Origin: Blasia pusilla
Lineage: Eukaryota
Length of the DNA: 64,000 bases
Assembly: GCA_050084515.1 (NCBI GenBank)
Contig: CM114271.1
Location: forward strand, 34,782,001-34,846,000
Direction of reading: 5' to 3'
This document shows positions 1 to 12,432 of the stretch, piece by piece (position 1 is the first letter of the stretch; each line of letters opens with the position of its first letter). The notes below the pieces were generated by a model. The model was not told where the DNA came from, made no database searches, and saw only the letters and a list, made by a program, of their open reading frames with translations. Both the position numbers and the translations under genes were made by a program.

Positions 1-3
1 GTA

Positions 4-138
<135 letters not shown>

Positions 139-3133
139 GCAAGGCTCGACAAGCACCGCTTAATGAGTATAATCTCTCTCTGTCTTTCTCTAGCCTTCCT
201 TGGTCTCTTGCAAAAAATTCACAGCACACATAGTAAGAGGATAAGCCGATATTGCTAAGTTGATAACACCACAATTGTTCAACACATTCAATAGCCTTGA
301 TTCATTGCCCAAAGTTGTTGCACTAATAAGTAATGTCTATTAGGGATGCCAATTAGGTAAAGTAGATGATGTGGTGAAGAGATTCTTGGTTTACACTTGG
401 AAGCTCCGTACCAACACGTTGTTTGGTCAATACTCACACTATATGAAAGTGTCTCCCTCCTCTCATATGGTACCTTCTTCACTTCTTCCTTTGTTTACAT
501 CCATCCCAATCTCAAGCACCGTCCAACCAAAGTGTGGGGTCTGTGGTCGCAAGACTTCGTCAAGCATTACTTAATGGTTATAGTCTTTCTAGAAGCTACT
601 TAAAGAGACACTACTTAAAGAAGAGTCTGTCAAGGTTGCAAGGAATAAGAAAGAATATTTGATGAAGATTTTTTCTATCATTAGAAGAAAATTTCATGTT
701 CTTTATTTACAATGGGGTTGAATAATTAATGATAGGATATCATTTGAAATTTTTCCCATAGTGATAAAAACTCCCAAAGTCATACAAATATTGTATGAGA
801 AGTATTTTCATTTCTCTCATACAAGTATTTTCATTTCCTCACAGAAAGTTCTGCGTGATAGTCCTTACCCATCTATACTAATTAGAGTACTTTTTATTTA
901 TTCTCAAATTAAAAAAATTACGCTCTTTTTAAATTGTCTTCAATATGTTCAATAGCATGTATCCACTTCATTAAAGGTAGGAACTCAATTAATTATAGTT
1001 GATAATGTTGCAAAAGGCTTTTAAGTTGGAATTTAGAAATTCCAAATGTAAATTATATACGGTCAAGTATTCATATTATGTGAAATAAAATCCTTGTGCT
1101 AATACTATTCTACACCTCTTCTATCTATAGAATTAATGTACCTTCCAAGCTCATAATTTATTCTCTAAATTTTCAAGTGTCATTGTAAATCAACTTCAAA
1201 ATATCCTATTGATTCAAAAGAGGAGAGATCTTATTGGCTAGGAGTGTCAAGAGGAGTTTAAGAAATGAAATGGCACTCTCCAATAATAATATTAATGGTG
1301 TCTTCTCATTTTTCTTATATTATTATGTCTCATCCATCTCTATCATCATGTGCATGGAATGCATATCTTCTTAAGTGTCTTAGCAAAGTCTCTATCTAAT
1401 GTCATAGGGGTGCTATAAGTATTTGCACACGTGATTTAAACATGTTAGCTTGATTAATAGATAGGGAAGTTTTTTGATCAATAACTTTTTTCTACGGTCC
1501 CATTAAACATTGGTAAATATTTGTGTAATTTGCAAGGATCTTGTTGTTTCTTTGTAATATATATAGAGAGAAAAAGAACCATTTGTTTGCTGATTCTCAA
1601 AAAATATTTGTTCTAAAATACTTGTTAATGAGAGATGTTTTGTACATGCTTAGTAACAATAATTTCTAGGCTTATTATTAAATAATCAAGAAATTAAATT
1701 TCATGGGTTTATTTTATTTGAGCCACATAATAGATTCTCAAGAAGTTAGAACTGAATCTTGATGTTAAGCATCGCGATTCTGCTGATTTCGGTGAGATCT
1801 AAAGCCAAAAGAATCTTCTCTTCTATTAAAGGGATATATCCTTATGCATGGCATTAGTATTCTCAAATAATTATACATCAATTTATTTTGTAGCTAGAGG
1901 AGTGATGAAGGCTATGAATAGTTTTTGGCTACCATCTTTTTATTACAACTTGGACAACAAACCTAGCCTACTTATAAAGTCGGTATTAGGTTTAAATACT
2001 TAGCTTCCTACTTAATCTAGGCCTAGAGATGTTATGTTTATATGGATATTTGATTTGAATCAAAAGAGAGATATAAGCAATGCTAAATAGAAATTATTAC
2101 ATAAATAAAATAATATTTAGTTCAATGGGAATTCCATAAATTTAGATAAATGAAATAAATTACGTAACTAAGATTAACTAGAGAAATTTCTTGTATTTAT
2201 TTTATTTTATTTTATTTTTTCTCTATTTTAAGGTTAAAATTCATGGCACTTATCTTGAGCAACCTATAACTTCCGAGAAAGAAAAATCTGGGCAAAATCA
2301 TTTATAAATAAAAAATTGGATTTCCAAAAATTCAATACTAGTATTTCAAAACCCATGTAATGCATTGAGCTAAATAGGCCCTTCCAAGATGGGTTCCTTT
2401 GTCTTTGTGCTTTTAATTTTACTTTTTATGTTCCCTTAACCATAACCCATCCTTCCCTTTTTGAAGGAAGGGCTAACATTGGATGATAGTCTAATCAATC
2501 CTTCTCCCCTATGACATCTACTTGTCCTATTGAACTTTTGTTGTATGTCTCTCCTCTCCTTTCCTAAAAATTAATATTTAATAATTCAAGATGAAATCTG
2601 TTTTCCCTTTCTCTCCCTAACTATATTGACACTTCAAAATTTGAAAATATTATACACAAAATCTTCTATTCTCTCTTCACCTTCTAAATTGAAATCTTCC
2701 AAGCAAGTTTAAAAAAATACCTAGAGAAAATCGTGCGACTTCCTTCATATTAAACCTAACTCATCTCCATATTTTCTATCCAATAAATTTCTATGCTTAT
2801 TTTTTCCATCTCTTCTAATTTTTCTCTTTTTGATCTCACAAAGCACAAAAAAATCAAACCATAAAAAAGAGTCAAAATAGAATGTATAAATCATAGATAG
2901 CTTTAAAGTATATACTTTCCAATATAGAGTTAAGTTTCTATGTTAATAATAAAGTCCATATTTGTACAAGTTTGGGCTGTTGTTAATTTATTATTGGAAC
3001 ATATTGAAAGCTTATGATTATTTCTTATTGCATGCAGATCGTCTTGGGAGCATTAATCTTGGTGCAATAAAAAAAAATTCCTTCAAATATTTCCTTTCTA
3101 TGTAGACCTTGCCAAAGACTTTCCAAGTAAACA

Positions 3134-3595
3134 ATGTCTACGTCTGGGGATAAGTTGGGCAAAATGATCAACTCACTTTCATTGAAACCTGTATTAGAAA
3201 ATCCGCTAAACACAGAATTCTTTGGATCCTCAAATGAGTCCACAAATGTTATGAAGCTTATGGATACAAGACCTCGTCAAACAGGGGGAGAAACCCATCG
3301 ATCCCTTGATGAAAAATCTTTTAGTGAGATTATTAATTTCCCTGAAACATCTACTCGACCACCCCGACAATTAGAAACAGTCAAAAGCTCAGAATTTCTT
3401 GAAGGTATGGCATCTCCTAGTGTAAGGGCAGTTCCAGGCTCATGTACGCCTCGATTACAAATCACTGTTGAACCTCATGCTATGATCTCAAGCTCATGGG
3501 ATGCCTTACGAAGGTCTTTGGTATTCTTCCGAGGTAAACCCGTTGGGACTATTGCAGCATGTGACCCGACTGAGGATTCTCTCAATTACAATCAG
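3134..3595 (+). CDS. CINV: Invertase exon 1
   Basis: ATG at 3134, ends LNYNQ, GT donor at 3596. Confidence 0.9.
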
Positions 3596-6500
3596 GTACA
3601 AGCTTTGATTGAGAGATTTAAAAGCATACTTATACTTTGTAAAGCATATACTATTAATTACTAGCTTCGGGGAAGAGGAAAAATTATTTTAGATGGATCA
3701 AATTCTTACAACATACCATTTGAGGTACATTTGATATTCTCTAAAGAAAATTTGAAAAAATCATCTTGTTTCTTAGATCAACCTAAAACACCAATTATTG
3801 CATTTTTTGAGGAAAAAAAGTAGGAGGTAAAATAGAAGTGGATTCAAATATAGTTAAGCATATTACGATTAGGCATGCATAAAATCCTTCCTAGCATATT
3901 CTCTTAATATGGTTGGATATCAAGATATTTCAATAAATGAATAATAGAAAGTATATTGGCTCATTTAACAGCTTATCATCATAAATTTTCTTCTTTTAGA
4001 TCTATCAAAATCAAAATACAGGTGATTTTTATTTAATGGAAAAAACTCCCTATAAAAGTAGATCATGCATTTTGGAGATTCTCTTGATATTCTTATTTTC
4101 TTAAATTTATTATACAATGAAGATTTTGGTAGTCCTCTTGAATCTTCAGAATATTAGAGGGGGTTTTAACTTGAGGGGCTTTAGAAGAAGTTAAAACCCT
4201 TCAATTTAAACTTACCAAGAGGCAAACCTTCAATATATATTTTTAAAACTTTTAAATTTTGATATCCAAATTTATAAAACATGTATCCTTTGAGAAATTC
4301 AAAAAAATATTCAAAACAAGTTCAAACTTCATAATTATCTCGTTTCTGGTTGCCACATAAGAAAAAGGGTGCCGCATTGATGATAGAATATCAAATGAAA
4401 AGTGTGATGTTTAAAAAATCCTATTCAAATCATATGGAAGTTGGAACCTTGGAGTACTAATTGTCTAATTGAAATGTTATTATGTAGGTCTTTGTACGAG
4501 ATTTTGTTCCTAGTGGGTTGGCATTTCTCATGAATGGCGAACCAGAAATAGTGAAAAACTTTTTGCTAAAAGCACTTCGTCTCCAAGCTTGGGAGAAACA
4601 TATTGATTGTTTCACTCTTGGTGAAGGAGTCATGCCTGCAAGTTTCAAAGTCTTGCATGATCCTAGTCGCAAGTATGATACTATGATTGCAGACTTTGGA
4701 GAGAGTGCTATTGGTAGAGTTGCACCTGTGGATTCTGGGTTTTGGTGGATCATCTTGCTTCGAGCATATGTCAAAGCAACAGGAGATCATAGCCTTGCAG
4801 ATATGCCTGATTGCCAACGAGGCATGAGGCTTATATTGACATTATGCTTATCAGATGGCTTTGATACGTTTCCGACACTTCTATGCGCGGATGGGTGTTG
4901 CATGATTGATCGTCGTATGGTATATCTATTAGTGTTATCAACTTAGAACAAACATCTATCTAATTTTATCCTATAATTAAATTTTAATCTCTAAGAGTAA
5001 GGAAAGATAGTCCCTTAGAGCTTCATAATATGGCACACGTATCTCCTTTCGAAACTAAAAGGCATAAATATTACGGCTTCATCTTCTCAACAATTACTCT
5101 TTTTCTTTTAAAATTTTTAAGTTAGGGGTATTTTTAAGAGTTAAAAAGTATCGTAATTAAAACATGAAAATTATAACATAAATTCTAATTCTTTTGAGAT
5201 TTTGTGATTTTATTATTATATCACATTGAAAATAAATTATGTAAAAATTTACTTTTGCAGGGAATTTATGGTTATCCAATTGAAATTCAATCACTTTTCT
5301 TTATGGCCTTGAGATGTGCAAGAACACTTTTGAAACCTGAAGCAGGAGGAAAGGAATTTTTAGAGCGTATAGATAAAAGACTACATGCTCTTAGCTTTCA
5401 TATTCGTGGATATTATTGGTTGGACCATCAACAACTAAATAATATTTATCGCTATAAGACAGAAGAATACTCCCAAACGGCAGTCAACAAATTCAATGTC
5501 ATTCCAGATTCTATCCCTGATTGGCTTTTTGATTTTATGCCACTTAAAGGAGGTTATTTTATTGGAAATGTGAGTCCTGCTCGGATGGACTTCCGATGGT
5601 TTACTATCGGTAATTGCGTAGCAATTCTCTCATCATTATCTACCCCTGATCAATCATCCGCAATAATGGATCTTATTGAAGAGCGTTGGGAAGAGCTTGT
5701 TGGTTTTATGCCCATGAAGGTGTGCTATCCTGCTTTAGAAGGGAATGAGTGGCAAATTACGACTGGTTGTGACCCTAAAAATACTAGATGGAGCTATCAT
5801 AATGGGGGATCATGGCCAGGTAAATATATTTCTAAGAAATTATCACAACTCTATAAGGGAAATTAATCAAGCTCTGTTTCAAGTTTATTTAAATAAACAT
5901 ACCTGGCCTTAATTAACTTGTTCATGGACACTTAGAAACTATGATATAAACACATGTATATTATAAAATAATTAAAGGTAAAGCTACAGTTTCAAAAATA
6001 GGTAGATATCCATTAAAAGATTTAATTCCTTTGTTTGAATCAACAATCAACTTTCTGTTAGGTAGCACATATTAGCCATTAATTCTTTGAGTAGAAATCT
6101 CCACAAGTTTAGAGCTAAACCTTTGTCCATATACCTAATATTTATGTGTAAAATATTTCATAACCAAAAATTGCATCATTGCTCTTTTCAAATAGATGGG
6201 CTCTATTTATGTAGCAATTTCTTTATCTAGTTCTTTATGGATGTTGATAACAACCTCGATAACATTCAAATTGTGAGGAAGGCCATTGAGCTCTCTACAA
6301 GTTTAGAACTAAACCTTTGTCTATATACTTAACATTTCTATGAAAAATATATTAATCAACCAGAATTCATATTGTAGCTCTTTTCAAATTTGTAGCCACT
6401 ACTTACTTAGTACCTTGTTTGTGCAGTTCTTTTATGGATGTTGACAGCAGCCTCGATAAAGACAGGAAGACCCCAAATTGCGAGGAAAGCCATTGAACTA

Positions 6501-6716
6501 GTTGAGGCAAGATTAATGAGAGATGGTTGGCCAGAATATTATGATGGTAAGTTAGGGCACTATATAGGAAAACAAGCTCGAAAGTTTCAAACTTGGTCTA
6601 TAGCTGGGTATTTGGTTGCAAAAATGATGCTTGAAGATCCCTCACATTTAGGGATGATTAGTTTGGAGGAAGACAAGAAGATGAAGCCTTCTCTTACTAG
6701 ATCAATATCATTTTAG
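3134..6716 (+). CDS. CINV: Alkaline/neutral invertase (glycoside hydrolase family 100), probably cytosolic type; join(3134..3595,4488..4919,5261..5819,6427..6716), 580 aa
   Basis: Family motifs [57 protein letters not shown] and WPEYYDGK. All three introns are GT-AG with compatible phases (0,0,1). Total 1743 nt with no internal stop. The 4-exon layout is typical of the cytosolic clade. Confidence 0.95.
4488..4919 (+). CDS. CINV: Invertase exon 2
   Basis: tatgtag|GTC acceptor, VFVRDF...IDRRM, GT donor at 4920. Confidence 0.95.
5261..5819 (+). CDS. CINV: Invertase exon 3
   Basis: ttttgcag|GGA acceptor, GIYGYP...GGSWP, GT donor at 5820. Confidence 0.95.
6427..6716 (+). CDS. CINV: Invertase exon 4
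   Basis: gtgcag|TT acceptor, (V)LLWML...RSISF, TAG ends at 6716. Confidence 0.95.
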
Positions 6717-7023
6717 ACAAAATTATAGTGAGAATAGAATCTTGGATTTTTTTAATGACATTTGTGTAGAGATAGATAATGATCTTGTAAAATAATTTGT
6801 ATTATACAACGTTATGAAGATGGTGCCTTCTTATTGGATTAATGTAAATTTTTTCAAATAATTGTATAAAGATAGATTAATTTGTGAACGTGATTTGCAA
6901 ACACCTTTATTTTTTATCTTCTCAATATTTTTGGGATTTCTCCTATTACAAAATTTGAATCTCCTACGTACTTTGGAAGTTCTTTCCGAAAGATATTATT
7001 CTTTTTCATACCAATGAGGCTGC

Positions 7024-7029
<6 letters not shown>

Positions 7030-7086
<57 letters not shown>
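7030..7086. repeat. (AT)n microsatellite
   Basis: Perfect TA run. Confidence 0.98.
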
Positions 7087-7092
<6 letters not shown>

Positions 7093-7948
7093 TAGATTAA
7101 GTAAAAATGGATAAAATCATTTTGACTACTAATTTGTGAGAAATACAAGAGAAAAATTACATATCTTACTTTGAAAACTACTCTCATCTACTATGATAGA
7201 GTAATGATTCAAAATTAATCGGATGATATATATGGAATTGATGAGGCTAATTTTTTATGTTTAAAAAATTATGAATTAGATGAAAAAAGTTTTAGAATGA
7301 AAAAGAATGCTTGATCATGAGATTATGATGTTTCAAATATTATTGCAATAATTTGAGAAATAAAATTTCCAAAATTACTAATCTTTCAAGACTTAAACAT
7401 ATGCACACAAAGAAGAGAGCTAGCTTGCATAAATAAGAAGAGTCAAAATGTGTACAAAGAACTTGGGCATACATTAGAATTCCTTTTTAAGCTCAACCAC
7501 ATATCCTTTACACTTAAATGAAGTATGAAGAAATCAAATTGGCAAGGATGCCAACCAATTTTTGATAAATAATCAATATTTAAGCACTACTTCATCCTCT
7601 AGGACTTTCTCTCTTATTTAATAAAATGATAATGCATCTTAATATACTTTTTTCTTACATAAAACATGATATTGTTTACCAAATTGGTTCAAATAATGTT
7701 ATTTTCATATAGAGTTGTTGGATCCAAATATTCTAAAGCCTAGAACTTATGAATTCTACTGAGCTCATGCCACACTTGCTCTTAGAGTCCTATGTATTAA
7801 ATTTCTATAGATGATAAGATAGCATTTGGCTATGTCTTCAAAACTCAACTTCCTATAACCCTTCCAAATCTGAATTAACTCAAACTCAAAAAGTGAATGT
7901 GTTTGTTAAGGGTGTTTTAGTGTGCTCTTGACCTAATTTGTATCAATA

Positions 7949-8121
7949 TCTATATAATTAAAAGAGGACGGGGTTTGAGGACCCCATCCTCTGGTGATGA
8001 CACGTATACTTTGTGGTGTGCTCTCGCGATGATATCTATAACACGACAGTTGAATTTAGATTAACAAATCTGTGCTACGAGGGATGATTTTCACCTGTGC
8101 ATAGCACGGGTATTATACTAG
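7949..8121 (+). mobile_element. Non-autonomous mini-Helitron (173 bp)
   Basis: Inserted between A and T. 5' TCTATATAATTAAAAG, subterminal hairpin CCTGTGC-ATA-GCACGGG (8094-8110), 3' CTAG. These are the canonical Helitron hallmarks. Confidence 0.85.
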
Positions 8122-9589
8122 TATCTCTATAACTCCAAAAGCTCAAGGATTGAATGATGAAGTTTATACTAGTTTATGAATTTCATATACATCAAGATTT
8201 GCCTCATAACATAAAGATGAAGTTTTCTTGGTGTCTACATAAATGAATTTGCAAACTTGTTGTGCATACATGTATCACTATCTAACATATATGTAAGGAA
8301 GTGTGCCTATGACGTCTAGTTACCATCTTCTAAACATATAGTCAAGAAGTAGTGTTGATTGTTTGGAGATAAAATCTAGTTGATCTCAATTCTATTTGAC
8401 TAAACTAAAAGTGGACTAGGAAATGAAATTTAATGAATGCATGAGACGATTTCAAAGCCAAAATTGATGTTTGGAAGAGTGGGAATTCCCATGTTGCCAC
8501 AAAGTTGTGGCGACATGCAATACTCAAATATTTTGGTAAAATCCTTATTAACATATTGGCATGGGCAACAGAGAATAATGACCAAGACTTAGTTCAAATG
8601 GTGATCGAAAGAAATGTGTAAAATTTGCAAGAGTGTATGGATTCATGTGATAGCAATATTTAATATTATTAGGAAATGATATAAATACATGACAAACGAT
8701 GAAATTAAGATAATTTAATAAAATCAGATTTAAATATTTTAAGTAATATGAAATTTTATAAAAAAGAGAGATTTTAAAAATTAATATTGATGCCAAACTT
8801 AATGTAGGTGGAAATGAATCTATACCTTTATTTACATGGAAGTTTGCAATGAGGAAATTTTTTTTCAAATGGAATGAACAATTTACCAAAGAGGAAAGAA
8901 AAAAAATCATATGAGTTTCTAAAGTCATATTATTGTATTCATATAAGAATGGCACACTTAATCATTTCACTTATTTTAAAATTTAAATAAGCAAGGTTAC
9001 TTAATGTGGAAATAATATTCTAAAAAATTAATCCTATAATGGATTGATGATGTGTCTATTTGCTATTATAGAATTTGAATTTTTGGAATATTTTTTTAAT
9101 ATAGGAATACCTAACATGCTATGAATTTATAGTGTTAATTTGTTGCAAGTGTGTCTTATAAGCATTCTTGCTAGTATTGAAAGAAAGAACTTCAAGAAGG
9201 ATATATGTAATTTCATTAAACTTCACAAAGAAATGAACAAGTCTATGGAAACTTTTAGAAGTTAGAAGAAGGAAATTATCATGGACTTTATGAGAAATCA
9301 TTTAAGGAACCTTCCAAAAACTTTTCTAGATAGTTTGTCTTATTAGTTTGCTTTAGAATATATTTTTATAACTTCCATTAAAAATAGATGGTACAATCAC
9401 ATGGAAAAACTTTTATATTTTCCTTTTAGAGTAAATAAAGATTCCAAATAGAAAAAGTCAAGGAAAAAGACAAAGGAATCTAAAAATATCTTTGGCCAAG
9501 TAGACTTTGAGCCTTTATGAAATAGGAAAATTTCAATTACTTTCTATCAAATAGTTGGAGTTTTACTACAGTTAAAAGTCCATAGAGAG

Positions 9590-9597
9590 TATAAAAG
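9590..9597 (+). promoter_or_regulatory. Candidate TATA box for the GNAT gene
   Basis: TATAAAAG about 130 nt upstream of the ATG at 9720. Confidence 0.4.
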
Positions 9598-9719
9598 GGG
9601 GCCCTCTTGGAGAGGAAGGAGACTTCATTGTTGAAGTGTGGGTAGAAGTGTGAGACTAGGAGTGAGGCTTATAGATCAAGTTTTGCAATTTGAAGGCATT
9701 TCACGTGTGTGAAACAACA

Positions 9720-10291
9720 ATGATATTTTCTTCTTCTCTAGTTAATTGCTCAAGGACCCTCTCTTTGCATTGTGCAAGAAAATTCGCATGGATGTTTTTG
9801 TGGAAGAACAAGGAGTTCCTGTAGAGTTAGAACTTGATGATATTGATCACTACGCTCAACACTTTCTTATCACTACAACAAAGGAAGATGGAGGGAAGAT
9901 CGTACCTGTGGCAACAATGCGCATTTTTCCTTACAAAATTCAAGAGCATCACGAGAAAATGATCCTCAAAGTTGGACGTGTTGCTGTTTCTCTACCGTAT
10001 AGGAAGCACGGACTTGGGCGCCAAGTGATGGAAATGGCAGAGGAGTATGCCCTTATGCAATGTAGAGAGGAGAGGAAGTATGGAGTTTTCCTTTTACTTA
10101 CTTCACAAGCAGACAAGATAGAATTCTATGAAAAATTAGGTTACTCAACTTTAAGAACGTATAGTGAATTGGATGGATTGGTGGAAGCTAAAAATGTAAG
10201 GAAATTAGATGAGGCTGAACTTGAAGCCCTTACATTCTTAGAGGATGGTATATTACATGTGAGGATGGGTAAATATCTACCCTTTATCTGA
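9720..10291 (+). CDS. GNAT-family N-acetyltransferase, YjcF/ElaA-like, intronless; open frame 9746-10291 with an apparent 1-nt frameshift separating it from ATG 9720
   Basis: IRMDVFVEEQGVPVELELDD, GRVAV..YRKHGLGR (acetyl-CoA motif A), SQ...FYEKLGY and FLEDGILHVRM match the YjcF/ElaA pattern. An in-frame TAA lies at 9743-9745 and the first in-frame ATG is at 9788. Confidence 0.8.
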
Positions 10292-10329
10292 AAAAATTCC
10301 AATGAAATTTCATATATTTGAGGAGTTGG

Positions 10330-11520
10330 CTCGAGAAAATATATCTTTGATTGCTTATAAATGGATATAGTGGAAAAGGATTGAAAAGGGAACTAAGTAT
10401 GAGTGAGAGATTGAAATTAAATCCTATGGAAAAATTTGTTATAGATATTAATTATAGAATGTAGGAAGCTTATAATGGCATTGAATTGGGAAGTTGATGC
10501 CGAAGAGATCAAGAGATGGATAAATATTTTTTTCAACAAGGTGGTAATGTATGGACAATATAGAAATATTTGAAGGTTGTCAAGAACGAGAAGTTTGTGG
10601 TTGAGAGATCGCTCTACTAGAAAGTTTCTCTATAGAGTTAAAAAAATTTCAAAAGCCTTTTCAAAGGATATAGTAGCTAGTGTTACAAGGAAGATATTGG
10701 TAGTTTACACAGAGTTATGTGGATTTTGAACAAAGACTAGTTATAGGAGATGATCTATTAGATACTTTGAGGTCAGATTTTCACTATATTTTGTATGATT
10801 GTAAACTCAACATGATCTATGGATTTATAAAACACATTTATTATTGCATGAAGATGTTAAAAGAGAAATTTAGAATTACATTAAAGTGACATTGAAGAAA
10901 ATCAATGATGCGGAAGGAGATGGTTGCTTCTTTGATACGACGAAAGAAGGTCAAAGAAGCAACCATCTTCTTTGACCTTCTTTCGTCAAAGAAGATGGTT
11001 CTTGTGGTAGGAAGCTTAGTTGGTGGAGGATTCTCCATGTTCCATCTCACAATATTTGAATGGTGGTCATGTAGAGTTGGAGGGAGCATTGATAAAGTTG
11101 TAAATGTTGGAACTTTTAAGAATTTTGCAAATATAATCTAACTCATGATCACCTTCTCAATATCATGGAATTTTTTTACAAATGTGGAGTTTAACATAAT
11201 CTTCACCCAAGGAATATTTTCATTTATTTTGGATCTTATAAAAAACCTTGCATTGAGGTTGGAGAATTGAAAAGAGCCTTGTGGGATGACAAGTTTTTAG
11301 CTCTATCCTAGTGGTGGTTCCATCAATAAAAAAGAGTTGATGACATGTTTGAACTCCTTTTATATGCATAAGAACTTATGACATGTTTGAAGAGTAGATC
11401 TTTCAACATAGCCATGAAATCTATGTCATAGGGATGATTATGAAGAATTTGAATAATGAGGTTTAGGATCATTGTAGCCATAACAAATATGCAAATATTA
11501 GATGCACTTGTTTGGATAGG
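10330..11520 (+). pseudogene. Decayed protein-kinase-like ORF (copy 1), boundaries approximate
   Basis: Collinear similarity to 35700-36963: ALNWEVDAEE versus AFDWEVDAAE, and HNLHPRNIFIYFGS versus HIDLHARNMFIHFGS. Many stops and frameshifts. Confidence 0.6.
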
Positions 11521-12027
11521 ATCCAAAAATGGGCCCTAGAGTGCTCCAAACCCCTTAGATGGAAAAGCCTAGATTATGTTATTTCATATTTGAGAAGAAA
11601 TACTAGTCTCTTAGATGCAGAAATTTTAGATTCGGGATCAAGAGCATATAAAGTTACTCATTAAGTTTACCACTATAGGATTTTGGATTTCATGATAGTA
11701 TCGCTATTAAGCCAAATGAGGATTGTATGACTTCTCAAGAGATGGTATGTTAGATACTAAGATGATTGGAATTTTTATTATTTTGTTTTTTAATCCATAT
11801 AAATAATTCTATATGTATGATGTATCACCATTATTATGTTGGAGAAATTGGAAGGAGACAATTTTGACGAGGTTATTGCCTACTACTTGATTTTTTTAGT
11901 GACCTTATACTTCAGGTAATGGATGTTACACAATTTGTGTAACATCCATTACCGCCTCACAAAGAGAGAAGTCCTTACAACCAAGAGGATGATGGCAACA
12001 TGGACAAAGCATGAGATACCCCAAATA

Positions 12028-12432
12028 TGTAAGAAAATAGAAAGTGACGAAATCACTGAAATCTTTATAAAACTTAGAGATACAAAGTGGCCTAGTCTGT
12101 CCGTGCGCTCACAGAAGAGCTTCAATGGAACCTGAACATGGAGATAACATGACATACGAGAATGCGCTACCGCTACGGCTACCGACTATTTCACTACTCA
12201 GGAAACTAGGGTTTTTACCTATTTTTCTTCATTTTTATTAATAGAAATTTTTTTAGCGGAGATCAGCTTTAGGGTTAGATAATCCTAGTAACGCTACTCC
12301 AGAAACCATCTACGTTATATTCCTATGACTCCTTTGACGTCTAAGTCGGAACCATCAATCTAAGCTTCTCCTCATACAAGGGGGCAGATCAAATTAATGG
12401 TGCTCAGAGAAGTGGATGTTGAGAATCCAACA
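12028..12432 (-). repeat. Copia-1 3' LTR
   Basis: TG...CA ends and alignment to 16116-16549. Confidence 0.93.

Noticed and set aside
150-650. Possible MULE transposase remnant on the minus strand (DITY.CNNFG-like)
   Set aside because: A single weak motif with stops is insufficient support.
8430-8620. Ankyrin-like peptide LAWATENNDQDLVQMVI
   Set aside because: One isolated repeat-like stretch with no ORF or splice support.
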